From an uncultured Pseudomonadota bacterium (lineage in GTDB: Bacteria; Myxococcota_A; Polyangia; Fen-1088): a stretch of 64,000 nucleotides of DNA. This document shows positions 35,791 to 46,155 of this stretch, in pieces. How positions within the stretch are numbered: the stretch's first letter is position 1; each line of letters opens with the position of its first letter. Below the pieces are notes generated by a model. The model was not told where the DNA came from. It saw only the letters and a list, made by a program, of their open reading frames with translations, and searched no databases. The DNA lies in assembly GCA_963711305.1 (NCBI GenBank), contig CAVQDT010000009.1, positions 2,155 through 66,154 on the forward strand, read 5' to 3'. The translations under genes were made by a program, and so were the position numbers.

Positions 35791-37090
35791 GTGCGCGCTA
35801 GAGTAGCGCACCGCTCCGTGCCGCTATACCGCGCCATATCGCCGGCCGCCGTCCTGATCGCGGTCGTCGCGTTCGCCGGCATCGTCGACTCGCACCGGGC
35901 CTGGTCGCAGGCGCCGTCGCCGGGCGTATCGGCCGACGACGACAAGCCGTCAGCGCCGCCGTCGGCCGACTTCGCGGCGATGGAGCGCGCCTATCGCGCC
36001 GAGCGCAACGACCGGATGCGCGCGCACATCGTCGGCGACATGGGCGGCATCACCGCCGCGATACCGCTGCTCACCGAGATCGTCGAGAAGGATCCCTCCG
36101 ACGACGTCGCGCTCGCGGCCGCGTACGCCCTGCGCAGGACCACCGTCGGCGCGCTCGCCGCCTCGCTCGAGCGCCGCTTGCAGTCGGGCACGCGCGATCC
36201 CGCGGCGCACGATCGGCTCACGCGCGAGCTCGAACGCCACCAGGTCTTCGCCTCCGGCCAGAACCTGCCGCACTTCCTGCGCGAGGCGCCGCCGGTCTTC
36301 TCGCTCGACCTCGACAAGAAGCGCGTGGTGCGCGTGCTGGCGTTCGGCGACTTCGGCGACGGCAGCCCGCGCCAGGAGCACATGGCCGAGGCGATGCGGC
36401 GGTTTCACCACGACAAGCCTTTCGATCTCGCGCTCACGCTCGGCGACAACTTCTATCCCGGTCGGCATGACCAGCCCCGACGACGCGCGCTTCCAGCGCG
36501 ACTTCGCGCGGCTCTACGAGCCGATGCACGTGCGCTTCTACCCGACGCTCGGCAACCACGACTGGGTGCTGCCCGACAGCCCGGCCGCCGAGGTGCTGTA
36601 CTCGACGAAGTCGGAGTCCTGGCGCATGCCCGCGATCCGCTACACCTTCGTCGCCGGGCCGGTGCAGTTCTTCGCGATCGACACCAACCTGGTCACGCGC
36701 GCCGAGCTCGAGTGGCTGGATCACGAGCTCAGTCACAGCACCGCGCGCTGGAAGATCGTCTACGGTCACCACCCGATCTACTCCAACGGCGCGCACGGCG
36801 ACGAGGCCGCCGTGCGCGACAACGTGCTGCCGCTGCTGCGCGGGCGCGCCAACGTCTACCTCTGCGGGCACGAACACGATCTGCAGCACCTGGCGCCCGA
36901 GGGCGGCGTGCATTTCGTGATCGTGGGCGGCGGCGGCGCGCAGCCGCGCCCGACGCGGGTCGGTCCGCGCACGCTGTTCGCGGCGAGCAAGAACGGCTTC
37001 GCGGTGATCGAGGCCAGCCGCACCAGCCTGTCGGTCAACATCGTCGGTGAGGACCTGAAATCACTGCATCGGTTCTCGATCGGCGACTGA
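35791..37090 (+). CDS. Calcineurin-like metallophosphoesterase (acid-phosphatase-like); 1 frame break near 36460
   Basis: Signal/TM N-terminus, GDFGDG, GDNFY, GNHD and GHEHD motifs. The N-terminal part is in ORF 35791.. and the C-terminal part in ORF 36467..37090. Confidence 0.8.
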
Positions 37091-37259
37091 ATCGCGTGTC
37101 AGAAATCTGGCGCGCAACAATCGGCGCGAAAATTCGGGACGACGCCGATTGTCGGCGTCGCGATCTGTGCGCGGCAATGCGACATACGGTCGGTTGTGCT
37201 CGCTTGTACGTGCATGGTTGCTACGATGAAAGGGTCTCATTTTCATGGAGGCCGAGACC

Positions 37260-37856
37260 ATGTCGAATCCTGCACTGAACCAGCCCGCTACCGCTGCTAC
37301 TTCCGACGGGGAATCGAGGGAGCCCACCGCCGACGCGCTCAAGATGATCGAGCAGACCCACGCCGCGCTCATAAAGGTGCGCGCGCAGATCGAGGACGCG
37401 ACGCGATTGCTGTCGGAGTTTGCGCGGATCAGCGCCGTGTTCGATTCGGTGGGTGATCGACTGGTCAACGCGACCTTCAAGGCCTCGGGCGAGGCGACGC
37501 GCGGGGTGCCTTCGCACACCGTGCTCGTCGCGTTCGTCGAGGAGCTCGGCGATCTGGCGCGCCTGTCGCTGGGTGGCGCGCGCGACGTGCGGCGCGAGCT
37601 GCGCGCGCGCAGCAACCAGACGACGCCGTCGGTGGCGACGCTCCAGGATGCCGATACGGCGCTGAGGGAGCTGGCGAATTCGCTGCGCCGGATCTCGCTG
37701 CGGCCGTCGCGGATCGTGCCGACGCCGAGCCCGATCGAGATCGAGAACCGCACGGTGCCGCCGCCTCCGCCGCGCGTCCCGTCGGCGCTCGAGCGCGCGC
37801 TGGCCGGCGGCGTGTTCGCGTCCACCGGCCCCAAGGCCGGCGGCTACAAGAACTGA
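37260..37856 (+). CDS. Hypothetical protein (198 aa)
   Basis: GGAGG lies 8 nt before ATG 37260. Coding-like GC3. No recognisable motif. Confidence 0.5.
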   Translation: MSNPALNQPATAATSDGESREPTADALKMIEQTHAALIKVRAQIEDATRLLSEFARISAVFDSVGDRLVNATFKASGEATRGVPSHTVLVAFVEELGDLARLSLGGARDVRRELRARSNQTTPSVATLQDADTALRELANSLRRISLRPSRIVPTPSPIEIENRTVPPPPPRVPSALERALAGGVFASTGPKAGGYKN

Positions 37857-37870
37857 CGGAAGGGCGGCTC

Positions 37871-37962
37871 GGGCCTCGGGCCTCAGGCCTCGGGCCTCAG
37901 GATCCGGATCCAATTCGGGATCCGGATCCGAAGCCTGAGGCCTGAAGCCCGAGGTCCTTTTT
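37871..37962 (+). terminator. Long imperfect hairpin (arms of about 40 bp) plus T5, between convergent genes
   Basis: Left arm 37871-37911 is made of GGGCCTC(G/A) heptamers plus GGATCCGGATCC. Loop AATTCG. Right arm 37918-37957. TTTTT at 37958-37962 overlaps the stop of the minus-strand gene. Confidence 0.6.
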
Positions 37963-38991
37963 AGTGCGTGCCCGGGGCCGCTGCGAACGCCGTTCCCAGT
38001 GACGTCAACGCATCAGTGGTGTCGACGAGGTTGTTGTTCGTCGTCCACGGGTACCAGGCGTAGCGCTCGATGCGCGGGTGCTTCGCGAACATCGCGACCG
38101 CCGCCGTGTAGAACGCCTGCACGGTCGCCATGTCGGGGTTGCTCAGGTTCAGGCAGCCCCACTCGGTGATCCAGATCGGTCGGTTGCCGGTGATTCCCTC
38201 GGCCCACTTGATGTACGACTCGAGCTGCGCCGCCTTGTTGTCGCACGAGCCGGCGTTCCAGCCGTACCAGTGCAGCGCGACGAAGTCGACGCGGAAGTTG
38301 TTGGTCGTCGCCGCCGTCATGAAGCTGCTGAACCAGGTCATGCCCGCCGCGTCGGCCGACGTCGAGGGGCTGCTGACGCGGACGCCAGCGTTCGCGGTCA
38401 GCGCCGGCCACATCGCGACCACCTGGTCGACGGTCAGGTTCGCCTGGTCGGGCTTGTTGGGCTCGTTGAAGCCCAGCACCGTCTTGTAGCCGGCGGCGGC
38501 GATCTTGTTGAGCGCGCGTGGTGACCGCATCCGCGGTCTTCTCGCTCTTGCCGGCGATCATCGGGACGAACGCCGAGCCGGGCGCGTTGCAGCTGCCCGG
38601 GCTGGTCGTCCAGTTGTACCACCACGACGTCTTCAGAGTGGTGAGGTCGTTGCACGCCGAGTTGGCGACGCCCTTGAACGGCTGCGGCGCCGTTCCCCCG
38701 TCGGGCGAGCCCGCGCCACCCGTGCCGGTCGCGCCGCCGCTGCCGGTCGCGCCGCCGCTGCTGGATCCGCCGCTGCCGGTGGTGCCGCCGCTGGCGCTGC
38801 TGGATCCGCCGCTGCCGGTGACGATCGCGCCGCCCGTGCCGCTGCTGCTCCCGCCGCTGCCCGTGACCGCCGGCGCCGCCGCCGCTACCGGTAGCGCCGC
38901 CAGGTGCGTCGCCACTCGTGCCGGCGGTGCCGGTGCAACCCGCCGTCACCAGGACCAAAGCCGCGAACAGCCACGAGGTCGATCGGTACAC
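37961..38991 (-). CDS. Lipoprotein glycoside hydrolase, Glyco_hydro_cc (GH128-like) catalytic core; about 2 frame breaks
   Basis: Lipobox VLVTAGC, G/S-rich linker, WWYNW, LGFNEPN, HWYGW and PIWITEWGC motifs. Confidence 0.7.
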
Positions 38992-39077
38992 GCGAACCTC
39001 CAGAAATTCTGTCGGACGCCAGCGCCGGGGCCGGGCGGACGCTCCGAAGTATACGCATTCCTACGCCTGGGCCAAGC

Positions 39078-40391
39078 TCAGATGAGGTGCGCCGCCTTGA
39101 CCTCGAGATAGCGGTTCACGACGCTGGTCGACAGCGATTCGGCAGCAGCCTCGATCACCAGGGCACCCGAGCGCCGCAGTCCTGCGAGGGCTTTCGCGCG
39201 TTCCAGCGCCAGCTCGGACGCCGCGCCGATGCGAAAGAGATCCGCCACGTCGTGGATCTCCTCGTTGCGTGAGCGCTCGATGTACTCGTCCTTGAACAGC
39301 ACCACCAGCACCAGGTGTCGCGCCGCAAGCTGTCGCACGCAACCAGCCAGCGACTCCAGCGAGCTTGGCTCCATCGCGTCGGTGAACAGCACGGTGAGCC
39401 CCCGGCGCGGAAAGCGTCCCAGGATGGCGCCGGTGATCGTCAGGTACGGAGGCTCGCGCAACGCCGGCTCCAGCACGTGCGTCGCGGTCGCGAGAGCGTG
39501 CAGCTGTGCTTCGCCGCCGCGTGGGGCCACCTGCGCGATCAGACGGTCCGCGAACGCGACCAAGCCGACGCGATCGTCGGATCGAATCGCGACGTCCCCC
39601 AGCAACATCGCCGCTTCGATCGCGTGGTCCAGGCGGCTGCGCCCATCGACCTCGCGCGCCATGCGCCGCCCGCAGTCGAGCGCCAGCAGCACGTTCTGCC
39701 GCCGCTCGGCGCGCGTCTCGCGCACCACCGGGCGCCCGCGCCGCGCGGTGGCCTTCCAGGACACGGCGGCGTAAGGATCGCCGACCGCGTACGGGCGCAG
39801 TGAATCGATCTCGGTCCCCTGGCCGCGCGCGCGGGTGAGCGCGATCCCCATCTCGTGCAGGCGCCGGTGGCGGCGCAGCGCTTCGAAGCGTCCCACCGCC
39901 GATACGTCGGCGATCACCGCCAGCGTCGATTCCCCGGCGCGGTCGGCGTCGGCGGTCGCGCGCGCGAGCCCCAGCGGCCCGGTGAACGTGATGGTCGGCG
40001 GCGGCAGCGGAAAGCGGCCGCGCCGGCGGCAGGTGAGCGTGAACGATCGCGTCTCGATCGCGCCGGGCGGCAGGCGCACGCGCAGGCTCACCTCGCGCGG
40101 CTCGACGTCGGCGGGGAAGCGATCCTCGACGGCAACCGTGGCCCAGCGGCTCGACGCATTTTCGATCGTGTAGGTGATCGGGAACGCCTTCTCGCGCATC
40201 ACCGTGCGCGGCGGCTCACGCGTCACGCGCGGGCGCGCGATGCTGGCCGCGCGTGCGTCGAGAAGGAATGCGACGACGACCAGCAGGTTGAGCGCGACCA
40301 CCACCGCCAGCGCGGCGCCGCCGGCCGCCGCCAGCGCCACACCGGGCACGAACAGCAGGAGCAGCTTGCGTGTGGGACGAATCGCGAGCAT
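39078..40391 (-). CDS. DUF58 (vWA-like) protein, MoxR partner
   Basis: Two N-terminal TM helices. Its size and position directly downstream of the MoxR ATPase fit DUF58. Intact, 437 aa. Confidence 0.75.
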   Translation of the reverse strand: MLAIRPTRKLLLLFVPGVALAAAGGAALAVVVALNLLVVVAFLLDARAASIARPRVTREPPRTVMREKAFPITYTIENASSRWATVAVEDRFPADVEPREVSLRVRLPPGAIETRSFTLTCRRRGRFPLPPPTITFTGPLGLARATADADRAGESTLAVIADVSAVGRFEALRRHRRLHEMGIALTRARGQGTEIDSLRPYAVGDPYAAVSWKATARRGRPVVRETRAERRQNVLLALDCGRRMAREVDGRSRLDHAIEAAMLLGDVAIRSDDRVGLVAFADRLIAQVAPRGGEAQLHALATATHVLEPALREPPYLTITGAILGRFPRRGLTVLFTDAMEPSSLESLAGCVRQLAARHLVLVVLFKDEYIERSRNEEIHDVADLFRIGAASELALERAKALAGLRRSGALVIEAAAESLSTSVVNRYLEVKAAHLI

Positions 40392-40401
40392 CGAACCCGC
40401 T

Positions 40402-41385
40402 TCAGCGCGCGGCGGCCACCGCGACGGCGGGCGCGTTCGCCGAGCGCGGTACGGGTACCTCGTTGAGGATCTGTGCGACCACCTGCGCCGTGGTGATCCC
40501 TTCCATCTGCGCCTCCGGCGTCAGGATCAGCCGGTGGGCGAGCACGAACGGCGCCAGCTGTTTGACGTCGTCGGGAATCACGAACGTGCGCCCCTGGCAG
40601 GCCGCGTGCGCGCGCGCCGCCGCCAGCCACACCACCGCCGCGCGCGTCGATGCGCCCCAGGCCAGCGCGGGGTGCACGCGCGTGCGGCGCACCACTTCGA
40701 CCAGGTAATGTTGCACCTCGACCTCGACCGACAGCTGCCCGACCTCGGCGCGGATCGCCAGCACCCGATTGACGTCGAGCACCGGCTGCAGCCCGGTTGC
40801 CGCCGGGCTCCAGGGATCCAGTCCGCGCGCGTAGCGGGCGATCACCTCCTGCTCCGAGCGCTCGTCGAGCGCACCGACGGTGATCTTCATCGCGAAGCGA
40901 TCGAGCTGCGCCTCGGGCAGGGGGTACGTGCCCTCGAACTCGATCGGGTTCATGGTCGCGAACAGCGTGAACACCCTGGGCAGCGGTTGCGTGACGCCGT
41001 CGATGGTCACCTGACGCTCCTCCATCGACTCGAGCAGCGCCGCCTGCGTCTTCGCGGGCGCGCGGTTGATCTCGTCGGCGAGCGCGATGTCGGTGAAGAC
41101 CGGCCCCTTCATCAGGCGGAACTCGCTGCGCTGCACGTCGAAGACGTTGGTGCCGGTCACGTCGGCGGGCATGAGATCCGGCGTGAACTGGATGCGCCGG
41201 AACGCGCACCCGGCGGCCAGCGCCAGCGATCGGACGAGCAGCGTCTTCGCTGTCCCCGGCGGGCCCTCGAGGATCACGTGGCCGCCGGAGAAGAACGCAG
41301 CGAGCAACGCATCGATCTCGCGGTCGCGCCCGACGACCGCGCGGCCGATCATCTCCTTGAACGATGTCAGCACGTTCGCTAGCAC
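40402..41385 (-). CDS. MoxR-family AAA+ ATPase
   Basis: HVILEGPPGTAKT (Walker A), ALADEINRAPAKTQAALLESMEE (Walker B / sensor region), ATMNPIEFEGTYPLPEAQLDRF. GTG 41385 with GGGAGG upstream overlaps the upstream stop. Confidence 0.9.
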   Translation of the reverse strand: MLANVLTSFKEMIGRAVVGRDREIDALLAAFFSGGHVILEGPPGTAKTLLVRSLALAAGCAFRRIQFTPDLMPADVTGTNVFDVQRSEFRLMKGPVFTDIALADEINRAPAKTQAALLESMEERQVTIDGVTQPLPRVFTLFATMNPIEFEGTYPLPEAQLDRFAMKITVGALDERSEQEVIARYARGLDPWSPAATGLQPVLDVNRVLAIRAEVGQLSVEVEVQHYLVEVVRRTRVHPALAWGASTRAAVVWLAAARAHAACQGRTFVIPDDVKQLAPFVLAHRLILTPEAQMEGITTAQVVAQILNEVPVPRSANAPAVAVAAAR

Positions 41386-42509
41386 TGAAAGACCTCCCTT
41401 TCGATGGCCCGAAGCTCGGCGGCGGTGGTGACCACCTCGCGCGTGGAAATGCCACGGCGCGGCCGCGACAGCAATAGTTCGGCGTGCTCCCATGCAGCCG
41501 TGGCGCGTGCGCCGAGCTCCGGCCGCACCGACGACGCCCAGGCGATGAAGGTGCGTCCGCCGCGTGCATGCAGGCGACCCGCCGCGCGCGCGTCCAGCCC
41601 GGTGAGCAGCGCCGAGAGCGGCAGCCCGACGTCGCCGCTGCGGCCCCACCAGTCGGCCACCGCCTGCACGTGATCCTTGGTCTCGCGTCGGCGCGCCCCT
41701 GGGTCGGCGTCGGCGCGGCGGGTGCGGCTGCCGAAACCCCAGACACCCACCGCGAGCACGAAGGCGAGATCCAGCGCCGCCCAGCGGTATGGCGCGCGCC
41801 AGAGCAGCGTGACCAGATTGAGATCGCCGTAGCCGGTGTGCACCTCGTCGAACCTGTGCTTTTCGCCCAGCTCCGCGGCCAGGTGCGTCCAGAACGCCCC
41901 CGCGCCCCCGTCGCCGATGGCCTGGTTGCGCAGCGAATCGAGCGCACCCAGCGAGACGACGCGACCGTCGCCGAGCGAGTATGCCGCGACGATGCGCTCG
42001 CCGTGCACCGATGCGTAGGCCTCGTCGGGCTCGACGCCGGCCAGGTGTCGCAGCGAGGCTTGCGGTGCCGTGAGGCCGCCGCCCCAGTTGGTCTTCACCC
42101 AACACGGCTCCTTGTCGCCGCACGCGCTCTTCTCGACGTGTGCTCCGGTGACGCCCGCGCGCGTGAAGAGAGCCGCGACCAGGTCCGGCGGCGCGACCAG
42201 CGTTCCCCCCTCTTTGACGAAGCCGATGGCCGCGTCCGTGTCGATCGGTGGCAGCGCGGCCGGCGACAGGATCCAGAGCACGGCGCCGTCGCTGTCCTTG
42301 TCGGGCGGAAAGCTCCGGATGCGCGAGACCGCGAGGTCGCTCTGCTCGAGCAGCAGATAGAGCGCCTTGGCGCCGCCGGGCCCCGACGAGTAAGTCGTGG
42401 CCACGAAGGCTTGCCGATCGTTGTCGGGCGCGCGCAACGCGGCCCACAGGACCAGCGCCAGGAGCGCGCAAGCGCCGCCGGCAATCAGGAGCAGCTCGCG
42501 CGGCTTCAT
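41379..42509 (-). CDS. DUF4350-like membrane-anchored protein
   Basis: N-terminal TM (LLLIAGGACALLALVLWAAL) and position between DUF4129 and MoxR. Family name inferred from neighbourhood and architecture, not from a search. Confidence 0.55.
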   Translation of the reverse strand: MKPRELLLIAGGACALLALVLWAALRAPDNDRQAFVATTYSSGPGGAKALYLLLEQSDLAVSRIRSFPPDKDSDGAVLWILSPAALPPIDTDAAIGFVKEGGTLVAPPDLVAALFTRAGVTGAHVEKSACGDKEPCWVKTNWGGGLTAPQASLRHLAGVEPDEAYASVHGERIVAAYSLGDGRVVSLGALDSLRNQAIGDGGAGAFWTHLAAELGEKHRFDEVHTGYGDLNLVTLLWRAPYRWAALDLAFVLAVGVWGFGSRTRRADADPGARRRETKDHVQAVADWWGRSGDVGLPLSALLTGLDARAAGRLHARGGRTFIAWASSVRPELGARATAAWEHAELLLSRPRRGISTREVVTTAAELRAIEREVFQC

Positions 42510-43096
42510 GCGGCGGCGCTTCCCAGCTCGGCGAGCAAGCGCGCCTCGCACGCCTCGAGGGCCGGCATCGTCGGATCGGTGCCGAACGCGACGTTCTGCG
42601 TGGCGCGCGTGAACTCGACCAGCGCCGCGGGGCGGCCGAGCCGGTCGATCCACTCCCAGTCCGCCAGCGTCGGGCGCCAGGACACCGACTGGCGCTGGCA
42701 CTCGAGCAGCAGCCGCGCCTGTTGCAGCGCGCGCGCCGCCTCGCGCAGCCGAGCTTGCGACTTGTAGTAGCGCGCGTCGGCGAGCAGCTCTTGCCACGTC
42801 GGCACGCGCGCGCCCTCGATCGCGCCGGCGCGGGCGTGGCGCGTGTGCGGCGCCTCGCGCAGCAGGCGCCGGAACGTCACGAACACGTAGTATCCGAGGG
42901 CGACGAGCGCCACCACGCACCCGGCGACGATCGCCCAACGCCCCGCCGCCGGCACGCGCTCGAGCCACGCGACCAGCGCATGCCAGATCTTCTTGAGCGC
43001 GCGCACCCACGCCGGTTCCACCACCGGCTGAAACTCCGGGCTCGCCAGAATCGCCGTCAGCCGGCGGCGGATCTCTTCATCGGCGGGCAGGGTCAC
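42506..43096 (-). CDS. DUF4129-like membrane protein
   Basis: One TM (WAIVAGCVVALVALGYYVFV) followed by a helical C-terminal domain. ATGA overlaps with both neighbours. Family inferred from context. Confidence 0.5.
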   Translation of the reverse strand: MTLPADEEIRRRLTAILASPEFQPVVEPAWVRALKKIWHALVAWLERVPAAGRWAIVAGCVVALVALGYYVFVTFRRLLREAPHTRHARAGAIEGARVPTWQELLADARYYKSQARLREAARALQQARLLLECQRQSVSWRPTLADWEWIDRLGRPAALVEFTRATQNVAFGTDPTMPALEACEARLLAELGSAAA

Positions 43097-43521
43097 GCGG
43101 GTCCGGTGGGTACTGGGACGCTGGCGCGGACGCGCGCATCGAAATAGATCAGCACCAGCGAGATCGGCAGCAGAGGACGGATGATGATGTGCGGAATTGC
43201 CTTCAAAAACGTTCCAAGGAGCGTCCCGTTGAGAGCGGCGGGGATCAGCGTGCCGAGACCGAGAGCCAGCAACCAGCCGAGTAGACCGAACACCAGGGTG
43301 GCGCCCAAGACCTGATCCAACCGTCCCTTCCCGTTTTTGCCCATCACCAACACCTTTGATCGCGTCAGCGCGTTGTCGGCGGTCCCTCCTTCGAGCAGAA
43401 GTACCGGCAGGTAGACGAACAGAGCTCCAATGGTCAGGAAGAGCACGAGATTCGACCGAAAGACCTTGACCGCCCCGTCAAGGATTTCGCCGAACGACAT
43501 CGGCTTGAGCTCGAATCTCAT
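43093..43521 (-). CDS. Internally deleted paralog (142 aa) of the upstream membrane protein
   Basis: The first ~33 aa and last ~95 aa align with the 43561..44373 product (MRFELKPMSFGEILDGAVKVFRSNL... and ...IIRPLLPISLVLIYFDARVR). About 128 central residues are absent, in frame. Confidence 0.6.
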   Translation of the reverse strand: MRFELKPMSFGEILDGAVKVFRSNLVLFLTIGALFVYLPVLLLEGGTADNALTRSKVLVMGKNGKGRLDQVLGATLVFGLLGWLLALGLGTLIPAALNGTLLGTFLKAIPHIIIRPLLPISLVLIYFDARVRASVPVPTGPA

Positions 43522-43560
43522 GACGCTCCCCCTTCTGAGACAGCCCGCCGGGCCAGAGTA

Positions 43561-44373
43561 TTACGCGGGTCCGGCGGGCCCTGCGGCGCCGGGCAACGGT
43601 GCCGCGGGCGGCGCGGGCGCTATCCCCGCGGCCTGCGCGCGTAGCTCGAGATCGTAGCCCTCGTCGCGCACCCGTGCGTCGAAGTAGATCAGCACCAGCG
43701 AGATCGGCAGCAGCGGGCCGATGATGATCTGCGGGATCGCGCTCAGCACCCCGCCGACGAGCGTGGCCTTGATCGCGGCCGGGATCACCATGCCGACGCC
43801 GAAGACCAGCGCCCAGCTCAGCACACCGAAGACCAGCGAGGCGCCGAAGACGCGATCCATCCGGCCCTTGCCGTTCTTGCCCTTGACCAGCGCCTTCGAT
43901 CGCCGGAGCGCGTTGCCCGCGGTTCCACCTTCGACCATGAGCACGGGGTAGTAGAGCGCTCGCCGCAGGTAGTAGACGATGCCGGGAATGATCAGCAGCA
44001 TGGTCCACAGTGTTCCGGCGATGATGAAGATGATCGAGGCGCCCAGGATCGGCCAGAAGACGCGAAAATAGCGAGCGAGAGCCTTGCTCAGGCTGGTTGG
44101 CTCACCGGTAACGGTCTGCACCGCGGCGGCGGTCATCGCGCCCCACGTCACGAAGGCGAGAGCGAAGATGAGCAGCATCGCGGGGCCGTAGCCCGGCGGC
44201 AGCGATCCGCGGGGCATCGTTCCCTGCGCCTGTTGGAGCCAGCGCGAAACCAGGTTCGTCGGTAGCGAAAACAGCGCTTCAATGGTCAAGAAGAGCCCGA
44301 GGTTCGAGCGAAACACCTTGAACGCCCCGTCGAGCACTTCGCCGAACGACATCGGCTTGAGTTCGAATTTCAT
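43561..44373 (-). CDS. Polytopic membrane protein (270 aa), first gene of the MoxR operon
   Basis: ATG 44373 (MKFELKPMSFGEVLDG). Several hydrophobic helices. C-terminal Pro/Ala tail. Confidence 0.6.
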   Translation of the reverse strand: MKFELKPMSFGEVLDGAFKVFRSNLGLFLTIEALFSLPTNLVSRWLQQAQGTMPRGSLPPGYGPAMLLIFALAFVTWGAMTAAAVQTVTGEPTSLSKALARYFRVFWPILGASIIFIIAGTLWTMLLIIPGIVYYLRRALYYPVLMVEGGTAGNALRRSKALVKGKNGKGRMDRVFGASLVFGVLSWALVFGVGMVIPAAIKATLVGGVLSAIPQIIIGPLLPISLVLIYFDARVRDEGYDLELRAQAAGIAPAPPAAPLPGAAGPAGPA

Positions 44374-44431
44374 GACGATCCCCCCGTCTGCGCAGCCCGC
44401 GGGGGCCAGGGTATCACGTGTGATATCGTGA

Positions 44432-45208
44432 TTGCCACGGATGGAACGGCTGGAGGATGTGGCGACGGTGGAGACACCGGAGCAGTTGCAGCTGTCGTTG
44501 CCGTTGGCGGGGGTGGGAAGTCGGGCGTTGGCGTACATCATCGATTTTCTGATCCAGCTCATCCCGATCGTCATCGCGATGGTGCTGCTGGTGGTCGCGA
44601 TCGGGCTCGAGTCCTTCAAGCCGGAGAGCTCGCAGGAGCTGGTCCAAGGTCGGATCCCGATGCTCGCTGGCGCGATCTTCTCGGCAATCACTTTCGCGAC
44701 CAACTTCCTCTACTTCACGTTCTTCGACCTCGTGTCGCGCGGCCAATCTCCGGGAAAACGTGCGCTGGGGTTGCGCGTGGTGCGCGACGGCGGGCTGCCC
44801 ATCGACGCGCGCTCGTCGCTGATTCGCAACTTCATCCGCACTGCCGACATGTTGCCCGGGTTCTACTTGATTGGGCTGGTATCGATCTTCGCCAACAAAG
44901 AGCACAAGCGCATCGGTGATCTCGCGGGCGGAACGCTGGTCATTCGCGACCACGGCGACAAGGTGGGCGACGCGTCGGTGTTGCTGGGACCGGCGTCGGC
45001 GTTCGCGCGGCCCGGAGGGCGGCCCGCGGCCGGCCTCAAGCCCGAGGATCGCGCGCTGGTCCACGATTTCATCGAACGCCGCGATTCCCTTCCCGACCCC
45101 GCGCGTGCGAACATCGCGCATCAGATCGCCGCGCAGCTGGGACCACGCTACGGCATCGATCCGACGCTGGCTCCCGACAAGGTCATCGACGAGCTGGCCA
45201 AAAAATGA
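44432..45208 (+). CDS. RDD-family membrane protein
   Basis: GVGSRALAYIIDFLI, SPGKRALGLRVV and KRIGDLAGGTLV are characteristic of the RDD domain. Confidence 0.8.
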   Translation: MPRMERLEDVATVETPEQLQLSLPLAGVGSRALAYIIDFLIQLIPIVIAMVLLVVAIGLESFKPESSQELVQGRIPMLAGAIFSAITFATNFLYFTFFDLVSRGQSPGKRALGLRVVRDGGLPIDARSSLIRNFIRTADMLPGFYLIGLVSIFANKEHKRIGDLAGGTLVIRDHGDKVGDASVLLGPASAFARPGGRPAAGLKPEDRALVHDFIERRDSLPDPARANIAHQIAAQLGPRYGIDPTLAPDKVIDELAKK

Positions 45209-46155
45209 GCGACGACACCGTTTCCTTGGCCAAGGCGGTCGCCCGCCTGGACGTGCTGGTCGACCAGGGGCGGCGCAACCCGCGCGCGCTGACGCGCGAC
45301 GACCTGCGCGAGCTGCCCATCGTCTACCGGCGCGTGAGCGCCGCGCTGGCCGAGGCGCGCGCGCACAGCGCGCCGTCGGATCAGCTGGCACGCATCGAGC
45401 GCGTGCTCATCAGCGCGCACGGCATGCTCTATGCTCCCGAGCCGCCGCGTCCGGTGCGGGCGCTGTTCGATCTGCTCCGCGAGATCCCCGATGTGGTCTG
45501 GCGCGCGCGGCGCTCGGTCGTGCTGGCCTTCGCTCTGTGCGCGCTCGGCACCGTGTGGGGCTACTGGACCGTGCGGCGCGAGGCTGCGAATGCCGTCGCC
45601 GTGCTGTCGCCCGAGCTGATAGAGAACGCGCGCGGATTCAAGGATCCGCTCAAACGCGAAGGCGATCCAATCTATGGCGTCTTCTACTTCACCAACAATT
45701 CCAGGGTCGCGTTCGCCGCCTACGCGCTGGGCGCGACGTTCGGGATCGGCACGCTGCTCAGCATGCTCTACAACGGCGTGATCCTGGGCGGTACGCTGGC
45801 GATCGTGCTGTCGTCGGGTGCGTCGCCGCGCTTCTTCTCGTTCATCGTTGGTCACGGCGGCATCGAGATGCTGGCGATCTTCATCGCCGCCGGCGCCGGC
45901 TTCGAGATGGGTCACGCCATGCTGCGCCCGGGCTGGAAGACGCGAAGCGATGCTTTGCGCGACGCCGCGCGCGCGACGCTACCCATGGCGCTGGGCGCAT
46001 CGATGTTGCTGGCGGTGGCCGGCCTGGTCGAAGGGTGGATCTCGCCCAAGCCGCTGCCGTTCGCCGCCAAGGCGACGCTGGGCGCGACGCTGCTGGGCCT
46101 GTCGTTGCTCTACCTCGTCGTCGGGCGCCGGCGCGCCGCCCGCGTCAGTTCTTGA
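45205..46155 (+). CDS. Stage II sporulation protein M-like (DUF95) membrane protein
   Basis: [37 protein letters not shown]. Start overlaps the RDD stop. Confidence 0.75.
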   Translation: MSDDTVSLAKAVARLDVLVDQGRRNPRALTRDDLRELPIVYRRVSAALAEARAHSAPSDQLARIERVLISAHGMLYAPEPPRPVRALFDLLREIPDVVWRARRSVVLAFALCALGTVWGYWTVRREAANAVAVLSPELIENARGFKDPLKREGDPIYGVFYFTNNSRVAFAAYALGATFGIGTLLSMLYNGVILGGTLAIVLSSGASPRFFSFIVGHGGIEMLAIFIAAGAGFEMGHAMLRPGWKTRSDALRDAARATLPMALGASMLLAVAGLVEGWISPKPLPFAAKATLGATLLGLSLLYLVVGRRRAARVSS

